A DNA stretch of 64,000 bases from Candidatus Aminicenantia bacterium (GCA_965225955.1 CBDDBX010000043.1:61187-125186), one strand, 5' to 3'; positions 28,853 through 40,496 are shown, counted from the first letter of the stretch. The notes: generated by a model from the sequence alone, not told the origin. Numbers and translations: made by a program.

Positions 28853-31276
28853 TCAGTTATCCAGAGGAGCTTTAAAATGGATCATCTTTCTCAGAATAGT
28901 GTAAGTATGATTCTTCTCTGGATCCATTGTTTTATAGAACTTTGCAAAGCGCTCCTGTCCCTTATCTTTATAATCTATTCTGAGCTTTATTCTATTATTC
29001 TCATATGAGTATGTATCCCCTTCGGAAATATATTTCATACTCTCTTCACCAGGCTCAATAATGTTGGTTGTATCTATTTCATACTCAATCTCTGCGATAT
29101 CTTTTGAAAGGTTTCTGTGCTTATCATAAAAATTCAGGTCAACTACTTTGAGTTCACCGGAAACAGCTCTGAGCTTCTCAAGCAACTCCTCTCTGCTACA
29201 GCCATCTTCAACATGAAACTCCACAACTTCTGCCATACCGGTTGCATAAACAGGAAGTGCAGGAATATAACTTATTGAAAGTCGTGGCCTGAACCCTTCA
29301 GTAGCTTTATACTTAATACCGCTCATACGAATAATACGCTCTACATACCTTACCATTGAAAGATGGGAGAAGAACACGAATCTGTCACTTTTCTCATAGA
29401 ACAGCCTTACCTTTCTATAGGCTTTCTCCTCCTGAGGAGCTATTGGTTCAGGATTATTCTGGTCATTACTTTTTGCCATATCCGGCGCAGCAGGATAACC
29501 TTCAAAACAGCCACCACAGGTTGGACATTTTTCAACGGAACAGCGATCATCTCCTTCATTTTTCAGAGCTTTGGTATACTGCTTATCCAGATGCTCTTCT
29601 TTATAGTTGATTTCAAGAAACTCCCAGGGGAGAGTCTCTTTGCGATCTATCTCATCTATAAACAACCCGCCATCATGCTCTTCTATCAGTTTTTCCCATA
29701 CAGAGTAGTTGAATTCTGAATCCCAGGCAGAGAATATCTCTCCTTCCCTGAAAGCCTTAAGAATAATCTCACCAACTCTGTAATCCCCTCTGCTTAAGAG
29801 AGTCTCCACCTGACCTTTATACAGAGAGTGGAAATCCATATCCAGGTTACGATAACGTCTAAGTTCCTTCTTTATAATAGCAGTTCTCTCCATGAGAGTA
29901 TCAATAGCTTCTCTGCCACTCCACTGCAGAGGAGTGTGAGCCTTAGGAACAAAAGCAGAAAAAGAAGCGTGAATTTTCAGTGATCTTCCGGCTCTTCCGA
30001 TTCTCTTGTTTATCTCTTTAATCAGATTTACTATTCCGAGAATATCCTCTTCAGTTTCTGTAGGAAGTCCGATCATGAAATATAGTTTAATACCTTTCCA
30101 CCTGTATTTAAGAGCAAGTTCTACAGCATTATAGATCTCTTCATCTGCTACATCTTTATTTATTACTTTTCTCAATCTCTCCGTACCAGCTTCAGGTACA
30201 ATTGTCAGACCGGTTTTACGGAACTGGGAAATTGTGTCAAGAAGCATGTCTGAAATAGTTGAAGGTCTCAGAGAAGAAACCGACATTGCTGTACATGGAA
30301 TCAGAAGGTTGGGGATCTTCTTAAGTAACTCGACAATTCCCGGATAATCACCGGAACTGAGAGATGAGATTGAAAAAGCTTCAAAACCTGTTGTTCTTAA
30401 AGCTTCGTGTATATATCTGGTGTTCTCTTCAAGGCTTTTAGCTCTGAAAGGGGCATAATAACTTCTTGCCTGACAGAATCTGCAGGTTTGCGGACAGCCT
30501 CTGGCGATCTCAACATCAAGGCGATTGAAAACAACATTACTTACCGGTACAACAATTCTGTCCCAGGGAAAGCTTCTGTCCATATCTTTCAGAACACGCT
30601 TTCTTATCTTCTTTTTAAGTTCCGGTACAAAGAATTTATTTTTCTTAACGGGTTCATATTTTTCCGGCACATAGACGCCATTAACTTCAGCAACCCCATC
30701 CAGTCGGGCTGCTCTGGTGGAATGATTCCTGAAAACATCCACTATCTCAGGCATAATAACTTCTCCATCTCCAATAGCAAAGAAGTCGATAAAATCCCTC
30801 ATTGGTTCAGGGTTTACCACTGATATGCCTCCAGCAGCAATTACAGGGTACTTCTCATCCCTTTCTGAACGTTTAACAGGTATTCCTGAAAGATCCAGAA
30901 CTTCAAGCACATTGGTAAAGCCCATCTCTGTTAACAGAGAAAAGCCAATCATATCGAAGGATTTCAGAGGCATTCTGTTTTCAAGAGAAAAGAGTTCCAC
31001 TCCCTCTTTTCTGAAGATTTCTATAGATTCTCTTTCAGGTAGAAATGCTCTTTCAGCATTTACGCCTTCAATTCCATTAAGGAGATGGTACAGCAACTTC
31101 ATGCCATAGTGGCTCATCCCGATATCGTAAGTGTCCGGGAAAACCAGACAGATATTGATGCCATCTTCAAGGAATGGTTTTTTACTTATGTTGAACTCTG
31201 CTCCGGTAAATACCTGGGGGTTCTGAATTTTATATAGTAGTTCTTCTATCTTTTTATGTTGATTATCATTAGTCAT
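28853..31276 (-). CDS. Large B12-binding/radical SAM protein fused to a DUF2344-type C-terminal domain
   Basis: 807 aa. Radical SAM CxxxCxxC (CPQTCRFC) and an N-terminal B12-like region. Family common in anaerobes. Confidence 0.75.
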   Translation of the reverse strand: MTNDNQHKKIEELLYKIQNPQVFTGAEFNISKKPFLEDGINICLVFPDTYDIGMSHYGMKLLYHLLNGIEGVNAERAFLPERESIEIFRKEGVELFSLENRMPLKSFDMIGFSLLTEMGFTNVLEVLDLSGIPVKRSERDEKYPVIAAGGISVVNPEPMRDFIDFFAIGDGEVIMPEIVDVFRNHSTRAARLDGVAEVNGVYVPEKYEPVKKNKFFVPELKKKIRKRVLKDMDRSFPWDRIVVPVSNVVFNRLDVEIARGCPQTCRFCQARSYYAPFRAKSLEENTRYIHEALRTTGFEAFSISSLSSGDYPGIVELLKKIPNLLIPCTAMSVSSLRPSTISDMLLDTISQFRKTGLTIVPEAGTERLRKVINKDVADEEIYNAVELALKYRWKGIKLYFMIGLPTETEEDILGIVNLIKEINKRIGRAGRSLKIHASFSAFVPKAHTPLQWSGREAIDTLMERTAIIKKELRRYRNLDMDFHSLYKGQVETLLSRGDYRVGEIILKAFREGEIFSAWDSEFNYSVWEKLIEEHDGGLFIDEIDRKETLPWEFLEINYKEEHLDKQYTKALKNEGDDRCSVEKCPTCGGCFEGYPAAPDMAKSNDQNNPEPIAPQEEKAYRKVRLFYEKSDRFVFFSHLSMVRYVERIIRMSGIKYKATEGFRPRLSISYIPALPVYATGMAEVVEFHVEDGCSREELLEKLRAVSGELKVVDLNFYDKHRNLSKDIAEIEYEIDTTNIIEPGEESMKYISEGDTYSYENNRIKLRIDYKDKGQERFAKFYKTMDPEKNHTYTILRKMIHFKAPLDN

Positions 31277-31364
31277 ACAGACGATTATACCACACTATAG
31301 AGCTGTAAAAAGAGACAGATTAACACAACCTGCCACTGATTATAATTTTTGAATATTCCTGAAC

Positions 31365-31709
31365 TCAAACAGTTTCTCTTATTTCATCAAGACATCTCTT
31401 TGCATCTGGCATTGTATAAAAAAAACTTTCAAGTTTCCCGCATGAATAATCACTGCAATGTGCACAGTTCTCTATACTTTTCTCTTTTGCACATTTTCTT
31501 ATTTCACAAATCTGGCAATGACCAAAAAGCTGTCCACCTTCTGAATGACAGCCATCGCAATTAATATGTTCCGGTTTAATTTCTGCTCTGAATTCCTTTG
31601 ACCACCGCTCTGCAACTTCAGCTCTTTTCGTATCATCATTAGCTTTAGTAGCTAAAAATGCCGGACATTCATGACAGTTTATTCCACAAAAAGATATTAC
31701 ATTTTCCAT
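31365..31709 (-). CDS. Cys-rich DUF3795-like protein
   Basis: 114 aa with CGINCHEC, CDGCH, CxxC pairs. Confidence 0.45.
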   Translation of the reverse strand: MENVISFCGINCHECPAFLATKANDDTKRAEVAERWSKEFRAEIKPEHINCDGCHSEGGQLFGHCQICEIRKCAKEKSIENCAHCSDYSCGKLESFFYTMPDAKRCLDEIRETV

Positions 31710-31823
31710 TTTAACTCCTGTTTAAATATTTCATTAGATTCACTAATCTTACCGCCAAACTATTATAGAAGGTAAGAAAATAAATTTCAAGATAAATCCA
31801 CGAAATAGTGTTATACTCACGGA

Positions 31824-32384
31824 ATGGATCACAATAAACTACGAACAGGGAAGCCACCAGCACCCGGCACACTGATCCTGCTGGAAGGGTTCCTTAATAC
31901 CTGGTCGGGTGAGTTGGACTTTGATGATTTCAAAACACCTCATTCTACAGAAGAATGGCTGAGAGAGACTGGTTTGTGGATGGGGAAGGAAAAAATCACA
32001 GAAGAGCAAACCCGGAAAATAGTCAGATTTCGCAGTGAATTACGATCATGGATCCTGAACAGGCAGCATCTGCAACCGCTTAACGAACTGGTTTCAAAAA
32101 TCTCTTTTAATGCTGAGTTTAGTTCTGATGGGGTAATCAGGTTTCACACTACTGGAGATGCATATCATATGGTTGTCGGAGCACTAATCGAAATAATCTC
32201 AGAAAGCCAGAGAAATGGTACATGGGATCGCTTTAAGTGTTGCGCCCTTGCCACATGTGGCTGGGCATTTTATGATTCAACACGCAGTCGTACAAAACGC
32301 TGGTGTTCAATGAAAACCTGCGGTTCCCGACACAAATCAAGGAAACACTACAAACGCAGGCAACTTACGGAATCTGAAAAGTAA
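31824..32384 (+). CDS. ABATE / CGNR zinc-finger domain protein
   Basis: 186 aa. C-terminal CCALATCGWAFYD...RWCSMKTCGSRHKSRKHY matches the zf-CGNR pattern. Confidence 0.65.
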   Translation: MDHNKLRTGKPPAPGTLILLEGFLNTWSGELDFDDFKTPHSTEEWLRETGLWMGKEKITEEQTRKIVRFRSELRSWILNRQHLQPLNELVSKISFNAEFSSDGVIRFHTTGDAYHMVVGALIEIISESQRNGTWDRFKCCALATCGWAFYDSTRSRTKRWCSMKTCGSRHKSRKHYKRRQLTESEK

Positions 32385-32398
32385 AACAGACAGCCTAT

Positions 32399-33472
32399 TT
32401 AATATTCGTTCTGGTAGTTATTATATTTGATTTTGAAGACAATGGCTTCTCCTGCAAAGAAGGCCATCAGTGATGAGCCACCATAAGAAACAAAAGGTAA
32501 AGGAACCCCCAGTATAGGCACTAATCCTATCTGCATCAGAATATTGAGAAGAAACTGCATAATAATGATTGCATTGAATATATATACATAGTTAAATTCT
32601 GCCTCAGATTGTGCACTTATACTGAATTGCCGATAGAATAATATATAGAAAAGAATAAGCAGAACACTTATTCCAACAAATCCAAACTCTTCTCCCAGAA
32701 CAGATACAATAAAGTCTGTATGCCTTGCAGGAAGGAACTTATACTGGGATTGGGAGCCCATCAGGTACCCCTTACCTTTCAAACCACCGGAACCTATAGC
32801 AATTTTGGACTGTATTATCTGATAACCTGAAGACTGACTGTATTTCTGAGGATTAAGATAAGAAAGAACTCTCTTCTTCTGATAATCCTTGAGAACAAAA
32901 TGCCATCCAAGAAATGCCCCTACCAGCACCATAAGAATAGAAAAGAAGGCAACTGCTTTTTTGATTTTCTTAAGAAAGATTGCCATGAAAATAGCTGCAG
33001 TCAGTATAGAAGCTGTTCCAAGATCCGGCTGTTTTGCAATCAAAGCAAAGGGAACACCAAAAATCGCAACTATTTTAAAAAACTCCTTCCATCCCAGAAT
33101 AGATACTTTAGTAAGGTACTTTGCCAGCACCAGAGCAAGAGGAATCTTGATTAACTCTGAAATCTGCACCGACCCACCGGAAATAACCCAGCTCTTTGTA
33201 CCTGCCATAATTTTACCAGCTATAAGCTGTAAAAGAAGAGCTGCACATATTGCACCATAAGCAAAAGGTGCAAACCTTATGATCTTATCTGTCTTTATTC
33301 TGAATACTACCCAGAAAACTATTATTGACAAAAACAACCAGATGGCCTGCTTCAGACTGTAATTAACATTTCCTGAATGTGAAGCGCTGTATATAAGTAT
33401 AATTCCGCATGCAGCAATCAACAGAATAATTGCAAAGGTAAACCTGTCAAAAAATCTGAATATATCTCTCAT
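32399..33472 (-). CDS. rodA: Rod-shape determining SEDS protein RodA
   Basis: 357 aa, about 10 TM segments, FtsW/RodA family. 4-bp overlap with mrdA. Confidence 0.85.
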   Translation of the reverse strand: MRDIFRFFDRFTFAIILLIAACGIILIYSASHSGNVNYSLKQAIWLFLSIIVFWVVFRIKTDKIIRFAPFAYGAICAALLLQLIAGKIMAGTKSWVISGGSVQISELIKIPLALVLAKYLTKVSILGWKEFFKIVAIFGVPFALIAKQPDLGTASILTAAIFMAIFLKKIKKAVAFFSILMVLVGAFLGWHFVLKDYQKKRVLSYLNPQKYSQSSGYQIIQSKIAIGSGGLKGKGYLMGSQSQYKFLPARHTDFIVSVLGEEFGFVGISVLLILFYILFYRQFSISAQSEAEFNYVYIFNAIIIMQFLLNILMQIGLVPILGVPLPFVSYGGSSLMAFFAGEAIVFKIKYNNYQNEY

Positions 33473-35274
33473 CGGTTAAAAAGTTTCCTGTATATCGCTC
33501 CTGCTATAGGCACTGCAACACCACCGGCATCACCGCCATTTTCTACAAATACCACCATAGCATATCTGGGATTGTTTCTGGGAGCAAACGAAGCAAACCA
33601 GGCATGTGGTTTATATTTATCAAGTTTAACAAGGTTCTTATAGTTTGGAATGCTTTTGGAAATTATCTGCTGAGTACCTGTTTTACCGCAGATATCAAGA
33701 CCTTCGAGCATACTCGCCTTACCGGTCCCATCCATATTCACAACTCTCCATAAGCCTTCAATAACTGTTTCAAAATGATTTTCAGGAATATCCACCTTCT
33801 GAAAGAAAGGTCTGGTCTGTTCCAGAATCCGGCCGTTCCCTTCGATTCTGTTAACTACATGAATTGAAGGACGCTTACCTCTCAGGGCTACTGTACTTAT
33901 CATTGACAATGCCTGAACAGGAGTGATATTAAGTAATCCCCCTCCAATACTTACTGAAATAGTATCTCCGGGGAACCATTTCTGTTTACGGTATGATAGT
34001 TTCCACTGTTTGGTAGGAACAATTCCATTACCCTCATTTGGTAAATCAATACCACTCAGTTTACCCAAACCAAGTTTATTTGCATAAGATGCTATTACAT
34101 CAATATCCAGTTTTTTTCCCAGAAGATAGAAATAGACATTACAGGAATCCCGCATAGCCTCATCAAGATCGGTTTCACCATGACCGTAACTTCTCCAGCA
34201 GTGGAAAGCTCTGTCGTCATAGATTTTGACACTTCCACTGCAAAACACCTTTGTGTCTCTTGTTATAACACCTTCAGTCAGACCTGCCAGTGCCATAACT
34301 ATCTTAAAAATTGATCCCGGGGAGTATCTACCTCTTATAAACTTATTGTGCAGAGGGCGATTCTTGTTTTTTACAATTTTCAACCATTCACTACGATCAA
34401 TGGATTTATTGAATATATTGGGATCAAAGTCAGGTTTGCTTACCATAGCAAGCAATCCACCATCTTTAAGATCAAGAATTCCTACAGTTCCTCTCCGATC
34501 TTTCATAATCTCTTCAACAAACTTCTGGAGTTCAAAATCCAGAGAGAGTACAATTGTGTGGCCAATAACAGGCTTAACCTCTTCCGCCACTTTCTGAATA
34601 CGCCCCAGATAATCCTTCTCTACAATTCTTGTACCTTCAAGACCTCTGAGATAGTCCTCGTACTTCTTCTCTACACCGGTTTTCCCCACAATATCTCCGG
34701 GGCGGTATATACTGTTTCTGTTTTTAAGCTCCCTCTCTGTTATCTCTGACATATATCCAAGAAGATGGGAAGCAAAAGCTTTATGGGGATATGAGCGGGC
34801 AGGTTCTATACCAATGAAGAATTCAGGGTGTTTATCTGATCTGCTCTCCACAGCAATAACCTTCTTACGCTCAAGATTCTTACTAATAGGAATTCTGTAG
34901 GATTTAGGATAACCCTTATATTTATTGATTCTGCTTCTTATCTCTTTTTCTGAACCCACTCCAAGGCGTACAGCAAATTTGATAGATTCATCAAGATTTT
35001 CAGCATGCTCCCTTACAATAAAAAGGCTGAAATTGATTTTGTTTTCAGCAATTACAACACCTTTACGGTCAACAATCAGTCCCCTTGGAGCTTTGAGCTC
35101 TATATCTCTATAGATATTCCTGTTAGCCTGGGATTTATAGTAGAAGTTTTTAAGAACCTGAACGTTCCAGTATGCAAAGAACAGGAACACAAATACTACT
35201 GTAAGCAGAATTGTAGTCAGCAGTGAGTGTCTTGTAATCTGATCTGGTGTTAATGATTTTTTTTCAATATACAT
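33469..35274 (-). CDS. mrdA: Penicillin-binding protein 2 (elongasome transpeptidase)
   Basis: 601 aa. N-terminal TM. SxxK (SIFK), SxN, KTGT motifs. Confidence 0.9.
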   Translation of the reverse strand: MYIEKKSLTPDQITRHSLLTTILLTVVFVFLFFAYWNVQVLKNFYYKSQANRNIYRDIELKAPRGLIVDRKGVVIAENKINFSLFIVREHAENLDESIKFAVRLGVGSEKEIRSRINKYKGYPKSYRIPISKNLERKKVIAVESRSDKHPEFFIGIEPARSYPHKAFASHLLGYMSEITERELKNRNSIYRPGDIVGKTGVEKKYEDYLRGLEGTRIVEKDYLGRIQKVAEEVKPVIGHTIVLSLDFELQKFVEEIMKDRRGTVGILDLKDGGLLAMVSKPDFDPNIFNKSIDRSEWLKIVKNKNRPLHNKFIRGRYSPGSIFKIVMALAGLTEGVITRDTKVFCSGSVKIYDDRAFHCWRSYGHGETDLDEAMRDSCNVYFYLLGKKLDIDVIASYANKLGLGKLSGIDLPNEGNGIVPTKQWKLSYRKQKWFPGDTISVSIGGGLLNITPVQALSMISTVALRGKRPSIHVVNRIEGNGRILEQTRPFFQKVDIPENHFETVIEGLWRVVNMDGTGKASMLEGLDICGKTGTQQIISKSIPNYKNLVKLDKYKPHAWFASFAPRNNPRYAMVVFVENGGDAGGVAVPIAGAIYRKLFNR

Positions 35275-35737
35275 CGAAAATTTTCTTCAATTTAGTTGAA
35301 CTGATAAGTGCAAGAGCAACAAGCCCTGTTAAGAATGGCTGCAGCAATACCATACCCGGTAAAAAATCGTATCCTCTTATAAAATGAAAGAACAAATTTG
35401 CAAGGCCGTTTGAGATCACCATACTGAAAAAGATCATAATAAAAACATAAGATCTGCTTTTCAGGTCAATAAACCGGGAGATCTCATATATAAATACACC
35501 TGCAATAACTCTTGAGAAACCAAAGACTCCTATTACCCCCTCTGTAAAATAGTCTGTAACCCAACCAAGAAACATTGCCGTAAGAATTGTCTTTACAGCT
35601 CCATCTTTAATACCCACATATACAATTATCAGAAAGAGAGCATCAAAGCTGAATCCCGTAACCCCTGCATAGCGATCGATCACTATCTGCAAAAGCAGGA
35701 AGGCAAGTAGTATTATTAGTTTGATTTTTCTATTCAT
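35264..35737 (-). CDS. mreD: Rod shape-determining protein MreD
   Basis: 157 aa polytopic membrane protein between mreC and mrdA. Confidence 0.7.
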   Translation of the reverse strand: MNRKIKLIILLAFLLLQIVIDRYAGVTGFSFDALFLIIVYVGIKDGAVKTILTAMFLGWVTDYFTEGVIGVFGFSRVIAGVFIYEISRFIDLKSRSYVFIMIFFSMVISNGLANLFFHFIRGYDFLPGMVLLQPFLTGLVALALISSTKLKKIFDVY

Positions 35738-36536
35738 TTTTCACTATAAGCAGATATTTGAGGGGTTTTTCAACCCAGTTTGGTTTAATTGATATAGATT
35801 GTAGCAGATAGTCTTTTTTGATCTCCACAACCTTACCTACCGCAAGACCCGCCGGATACAGTCCATCTGTACCTGAAGTAAATACTTTATCTCCAGGATT
35901 AACCTCTTCACTTTCAATCACATATTCAAGGCGGCACATCTTATCATTACTTCCGGTAAGCAATCCTTCAAGCATATTGCTCTCTACATTTACACCTACC
36001 CCACCAGAACTGCTGGTAATAAGCTTGACCCTTGAAGTCATCATGGAAACTTCTCCCATGATTTTGCCCACCAGATCACCTTCCCGGTTCAGAACAACCA
36101 TATCCGGCTCAATACCATCGACACTGCCTTTATTGATCATAATTGTTCCAAATGGCATATTGTGATTAACAGAGATAACTTCAGCCTCAGAAAAGACTCC
36201 CGCCTTTTTTGAAGCTTCATGAACAAAACCAAGTTTTGCAATCTGTCGCCTCAAAACATAATTTTCATATTTTAGTCTTGAATAATCTTTCTTCAGATCA
36301 GAATATTTGCGATAAGTATTTTTCAGAAACACATAGTGATTCAGCTGAGTTGATACAAAATCCACACTATTCTGGTAACCCAGCTGAAAAGGAGTAACGA
36401 TAAAACTCACAATATTACTGAACAGAGATCGGTTGTCATCAAACATCACATTACGTGAAATCAGAATAAGATTAAAAAAAAGCACTGCTACAAGAACAAT
36501 TGCTTTCCTTTCGGATGTCTTGCGATTAAAGTTCAT
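35730..36536 (-). CDS. mreC: Rod shape-determining protein MreC
   Basis: 268 aa. N-terminal TM, coiled coil, beta-rich C-terminal domains. Confidence 0.85.
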   Translation of the reverse strand: MNFNRKTSERKAIVLVAVLFFNLILISRNVMFDDNRSLFSNIVSFIVTPFQLGYQNSVDFVSTQLNHYVFLKNTYRKYSDLKKDYSRLKYENYVLRRQIAKLGFVHEASKKAGVFSEAEVISVNHNMPFGTIMINKGSVDGIEPDMVVLNREGDLVGKIMGEVSMMTSRVKLITSSSGGVGVNVESNMLEGLLTGSNDKMCRLEYVIESEEVNPGDKVFTSGTDGLYPAGLAVGKVVEIKKDYLLQSISIKPNWVEKPLKYLLIVKNE

Positions 36537-36581
36537 CTCGTTAATTCAGTAAAAGATTAAAACAGAAACTCACAGGATATC

Positions 36582-37616
36582 TCAGATACCCTGGCCGACT
36601 TTCTTAAGTAAATCTATATTTTCAAGAATCATGCCTGCTCCCAGCACAACAGAACAGAGAGGATCTTCAGCGATAAAAACAGGAAGAGATGTTTCTTCTC
36701 TTAATCTCTTGTCAAGATTTCTCAGAAGAGCACCACCACCTGAGAGAATGATACCTCTGTCAACAATATCAGCTGATAGTTCAGGAGGTGTCTTTTCAAG
36801 AGTGTTTTTCGTAGCCTCTACTATTGCATGTACTACATTCTCAAGAGCTTCTCTTATTTCATTGTCATTGATAGTAATTGTTTTAGGAATGCCATGAGCA
36901 AGGTCCCTACCCTTAATTTCCATTTCAAGATTCTCTTCCAGAGGGTAAGCTGAACCTATCTCTATTTTAATCTGCTCCGCAGTTCTCTCACCAATAAGGA
37001 GGTTATACTTTTTCTTGATGTACTGAATAATTGCTTCATCCATCTCATTACTTGCGGTACGGATAGATTTTGAAATAACGATACCTGACAGAGATATAAT
37101 CGCTACATCAGTAGTTCCACCACCGATATCAACAATCATATTACCTCCAGGTTCGGTAATAGGAAGATCTGCACCAATTGAAGCCGCCATAGCCTGCTCA
37201 ATCAGAAATACCTCACTTGCTCTTGCTCTCAGGGCAGCGTCTTTAACAGCACGCCTTTCTACCTGTGTAATTTCAGATGGGATACCTATTACAATTCTGG
37301 GTTTAAGAAACTGGCTGCCTGACCTCGTTTTTCTTATAAAATATTCAAGCATCTTCTCGGTTATCTCAAAGTCAGCGATAACTCCATCCTTCATAGGCCT
37401 TATTGCCACTATATTTGCCGGTGTTTTACCGAGCATCTCTTTAGCTTCACTGCCTACCGCCTGAATTCGACCATTATGCCTGTCAACGGCTACCATTGAA
37501 GGTTCGCGGGAAACGATACCTTTACCTTTTGCATATACCAGAGTATTAGCTGTTCCAAGATCAATTGCCAGATCAGAACTGAAATAGTTGTACACTTTAG
37601 AAAAAAATCCCATCAA
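36582..37616 (-). CDS. mreB: Rod shape-determining actin homolog MreB
   Basis: 344 aa. Actin-fold phosphate-1/2 and adenosine motifs ([21 protein letters not shown]). Confidence 0.95.
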   Translation of the reverse strand: MMGFFSKVYNYFSSDLAIDLGTANTLVYAKGKGIVSREPSMVAVDRHNGRIQAVGSEAKEMLGKTPANIVAIRPMKDGVIADFEITEKMLEYFIRKTRSGSQFLKPRIVIGIPSEITQVERRAVKDAALRARASEVFLIEQAMAASIGADLPITEPGGNMIVDIGGGTTDVAIISLSGIVISKSIRTASNEMDEAIIQYIKKKYNLLIGERTAEQIKIEIGSAYPLEENLEMEIKGRDLAHGIPKTITINDNEIREALENVVHAIVEATKNTLEKTPPELSADIVDRGIILSGGGALLRNLDKRLREETSLPVFIAEDPLCSVVLGAGMILENIDLLKKVGQGI

Positions 37617-38533
37617 ATATCTCCTCGAAAAACATTTATTCCATTTTTACCTTGTTTCTTCACTTCATACATTGCCAGATCAGATTTCCTTATCAGATCA
37701 TCTACAGTATCCCCATGAACGGGAAACTGAGAAATACCAAAGCAGCCGGATATTTTCAAATCCAGCCCTTTATCATTTAGAAATGAGTGGCTGTTCAGTT
37801 TATTTTTAAGACGTTTACATACTTCGATTGCATTGTCAGCTTCTGCATTCAGCAGAATTATTACAAATTCGTCACCTCCAAATCTTGCTACCAGATCAAT
37901 AAGACGAATACCTTCTGAAAGGAGTCTTGAGACCTCTTTCAAAATTTCCGTACCTACAAGATGTCCATGAATTTCGTTTATTTTTTTTAAATTATCAAGA
38001 TCAAAAAATACTACGGAAAAAGAACCACCATACCTCTTGCAGCGGGCAATCTCTTTCTGTATAAAGTTTTTCAGATAGTTCTGATTGTAAAGAGCCGTAA
38101 TGTCATCTCTGTTTTTTGCAGAAACCTCTTCCAGATTTCTTACACGACAAATGAAAGCGTTGTGGTTCAGAAAGATTGTTACAAGTCCATTCAACTGCTG
38201 TAATCTTTTTTTATCAACTTTTTCTGCAAAGTCCACTCTCAGCTGAAATCTGTAATCCGCAACAATACTCATAATTTCCAGAGATTTCTCTGTATAGACT
38301 TCAATCTCTTTTTCCATAAATGAGAATTCAGAAATCTTCTCTTTACGCACAACTCCATCTGAAAAGATTATTTTTTCGAATATTTTTTCTGCCTGGTAGA
38401 TAATTTCTGCACTACTGACTCTTATTCCTGAGTTTAAAAACTCTGTAAATATCTCGAATAATTCTTCGCTGAATACAGCATTCTGTACAGCAAGGCAGAA
38501 TTTTTCAATATCACCGGCTTTGTAGTTCTTCAC
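37613..38533 (-). CDS. GGDEF diguanylate cyclase with N-terminal sensory region
   Basis: 306 aa. [11 protein letters not shown] active site. 4-bp overlap with mreB. Confidence 0.85.
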   Translation of the reverse strand: MKNYKAGDIEKFCLAVQNAVFSEELFEIFTEFLNSGIRVSSAEIIYQAEKIFEKIIFSDGVVRKEKISEFSFMEKEIEVYTEKSLEIMSIVADYRFQLRVDFAEKVDKKRLQQLNGLVTIFLNHNAFICRVRNLEEVSAKNRDDITALYNQNYLKNFIQKEIARCKRYGGSFSVVFFDLDNLKKINEIHGHLVGTEILKEVSRLLSEGIRLIDLVARFGGDEFVIILLNAEADNAIEVCKRLKNKLNSHSFLNDKGLDLKISGCFGISQFPVHGDTVDDLIRKSDLAMYEVKKQGKNGINVFRGDI

Positions 38534-38536
38534 TAT

Positions 38537-39688
38537 TTATTCCTCAAATATCACAACTTTTCTCTCAAAAACAGTTTCCATCCCCGCTGGTGATACAAGC
38601 CGGAAGACAATAACCTTTGTCCCTATTGTTGTATACTTAAGAGTGTAAAAGAAGCTCTCATCAGAGTTAACAATTACCTCTTTATCATCTATAAAAAGCT
38701 GCGAATTTTTGTCAGCAGCTCCTTTTATCATTACGACATCACCACTTACGCTGAGGGATGTGATTGTCAATTCAGGTTTAGCAAATGTGCTGCTTCTATC
38801 AAGCAGCATGCCTCTAAAACGTATATGCCCGGTTTCTGAACCGTTCCCCACAACACCTTCAGCATCAACAGGGAAAATTTTCCAGAAATAGCTTCCATTA
38901 TCTTTAAGTGAAACAAGATTCACTCCAAGACGATTAAGTCTCAGTCTTTTCTCATAAGCAACGTTTTCCATCAGTGGAGAAACATAGATTCGAAGAATAT
39001 ACTCTTTTGCTCCTTTAACACTTTTCCAGTTAAACTGTACAATTGAATCTTCTGGTTTTTTAAGATCCCGGGATAGTGAAACCGGAGCTATCTGGGAAGG
39101 CCCTTCCAGAACATTCTGTTTTATCGGATTATTTTTCCTGTCCAGAGTCAGCATTTCGCCTTTTTTAAGAGCGACTCTGCCTTTAGGCAGTTCTACAACC
39201 AGTTCCCCTTCAAGTGAGCGATATTCCCGATCTGCAGCATTTAGCTTTACATTTCCTGCTGCTGAAGGAATCAGTTTATCTCTACGTTCTCCGGCAAAAA
39301 CTTCAACTGTTGCCTTTTTGCCGGAAATCTTCTTCCAACTGAAAGCACCTTTAATCAGGTGAAGTTCTCCTATGCCGTGACGATAACTTACAACAGCTCC
39401 CGGCATACACTGGAAAAAGCAGTTCCCACAAACAAACTCGAAAGCCGTAAGTCCATCCCCTGCCAGTACAATTTCATTTCTGAAATCAAATTCTGAACCT
39501 GCATTAAGTTTACCTGTGAGCTCCCTGTTACTGAACAGCCCCCCTTTCTGTGAAACAGATGTCACCATAAGTGGTGCAGATTTGAGCTCTTTTTCAGGAG
39601 CTGCATCTGTTTTGAGGTCAAGTTTGTAAATCCCTGCCACAACAACCGCAACCATAACAAAAATAAACACCCATCTCACTTTTTTCAT
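38537..39688 (-). CDS. Membrane-anchored/secreted hypothetical protein
   Basis: About 383 aa from MKKVRW (internal ATG). Signal anchor VFIFVMVAVVVAG. No recognisable domain. Confidence 0.5.
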   Translation of the reverse strand: MKKVRWVFIFVMVAVVVAGIYKLDLKTDAAPEKELKSAPLMVTSVSQKGGLFSNRELTGKLNAGSEFDFRNEIVLAGDGLTAFEFVCGNCFFQCMPGAVVSYRHGIGELHLIKGAFSWKKISGKKATVEVFAGERRDKLIPSAAGNVKLNAADREYRSLEGELVVELPKGRVALKKGEMLTLDRKNNPIKQNVLEGPSQIAPVSLSRDLKKPEDSIVQFNWKSVKGAKEYILRIYVSPLMENVAYEKRLRLNRLGVNLVSLKDNGSYFWKIFPVDAEGVVGNGSETGHIRFRGMLLDRSSTFAKPELTITSLSVSGDVVMIKGAADKNSQLFIDDKEVIVNSDESFFYTLKYTTIGTKVIVFRLVSPAGMETVFERKVVIFEE

Positions 39689-39813
39689 AGGCAAATAGTA
39701 GCAAAAAGAAACCTTAAATGCAAACAAATCTAAGGGTATAATATTATATATATACAACGGGTCAAAGCTCAACAATTTTCATTCATAATCACAGGGTATG
39801 ATATAATTCAAAT

Positions 39814-40488
39814 ATGTCCTGGCAATTCATAGACGCAAACTCCTCTTTTCCCGACATTAACACTGCAACACCTGAGGGAATAGTAGCTATAGGAGGGGAT
39901 CTTTCAGTTAACAGACTACTTGAAGCCTACTCAGGAGGAATCTTTCCATGGTTCACCTCCTCCGAACCAATAATATGGTGGTCACCAAACCCAAGATTTG
40001 TAATTATGAAAAGCGACTTTCATATTTCAAAATCACTAAAAAAAATTCTGAAGCGCAATCAATATCGAATAACCATTAATAAAGCATTCAGGGAAGTTAT
40101 AAAAGCCTGTAGCAGAGAAGATGAACCAAGAGAAGAACAGTGGCTTCATGACGAAATGATTGAAGCATATTGCAGAATGTTTGACCTGGGCAAAGCTGTG
40201 TCAGTAGAAGCATGGGACAACGAAGGCCTTGCAGGAGGTCTGTATGGAGTAATTACAGGTTCAGTTTTTTCAGGAGAATCAATGTTTTCGAGAAAAAAGA
40301 ATGCCTCCAAAGCAGCTCTTGCCACTTTTGGAACTAATCTTTTTGCAAATGGCTTCACAATGATAGATTGCCAGATATACTCTGAACATCTTGAAACTTT
40401 CGGAGGGACTGATATTCAAAGAAGTGAGTTTATAAAGCATCTGTCACCACCCTATCTTCAGGTGCCGGAATTACAGATTACTAAATAA
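39814..40488 (+). CDS. aat: Leucyl/phenylalanyl-tRNA--protein transferase
   Basis: 224 aa. GIFPWF, IIWWSP and D-x-E-GLAGGLYG signatures. Confidence 0.85.
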   Translation: MSWQFIDANSSFPDINTATPEGIVAIGGDLSVNRLLEAYSGGIFPWFTSSEPIIWWSPNPRFVIMKSDFHISKSLKKILKRNQYRITINKAFREVIKACSREDEPREEQWLHDEMIEAYCRMFDLGKAVSVEAWDNEGLAGGLYGVITGSVFSGESMFSRKKNASKAALATFGTNLFANGFTMIDCQIYSEHLETFGGTDIQRSEFIKHLSPPYLQVPELQITK

Positions 40489-40496
40489 CTCCCGCT

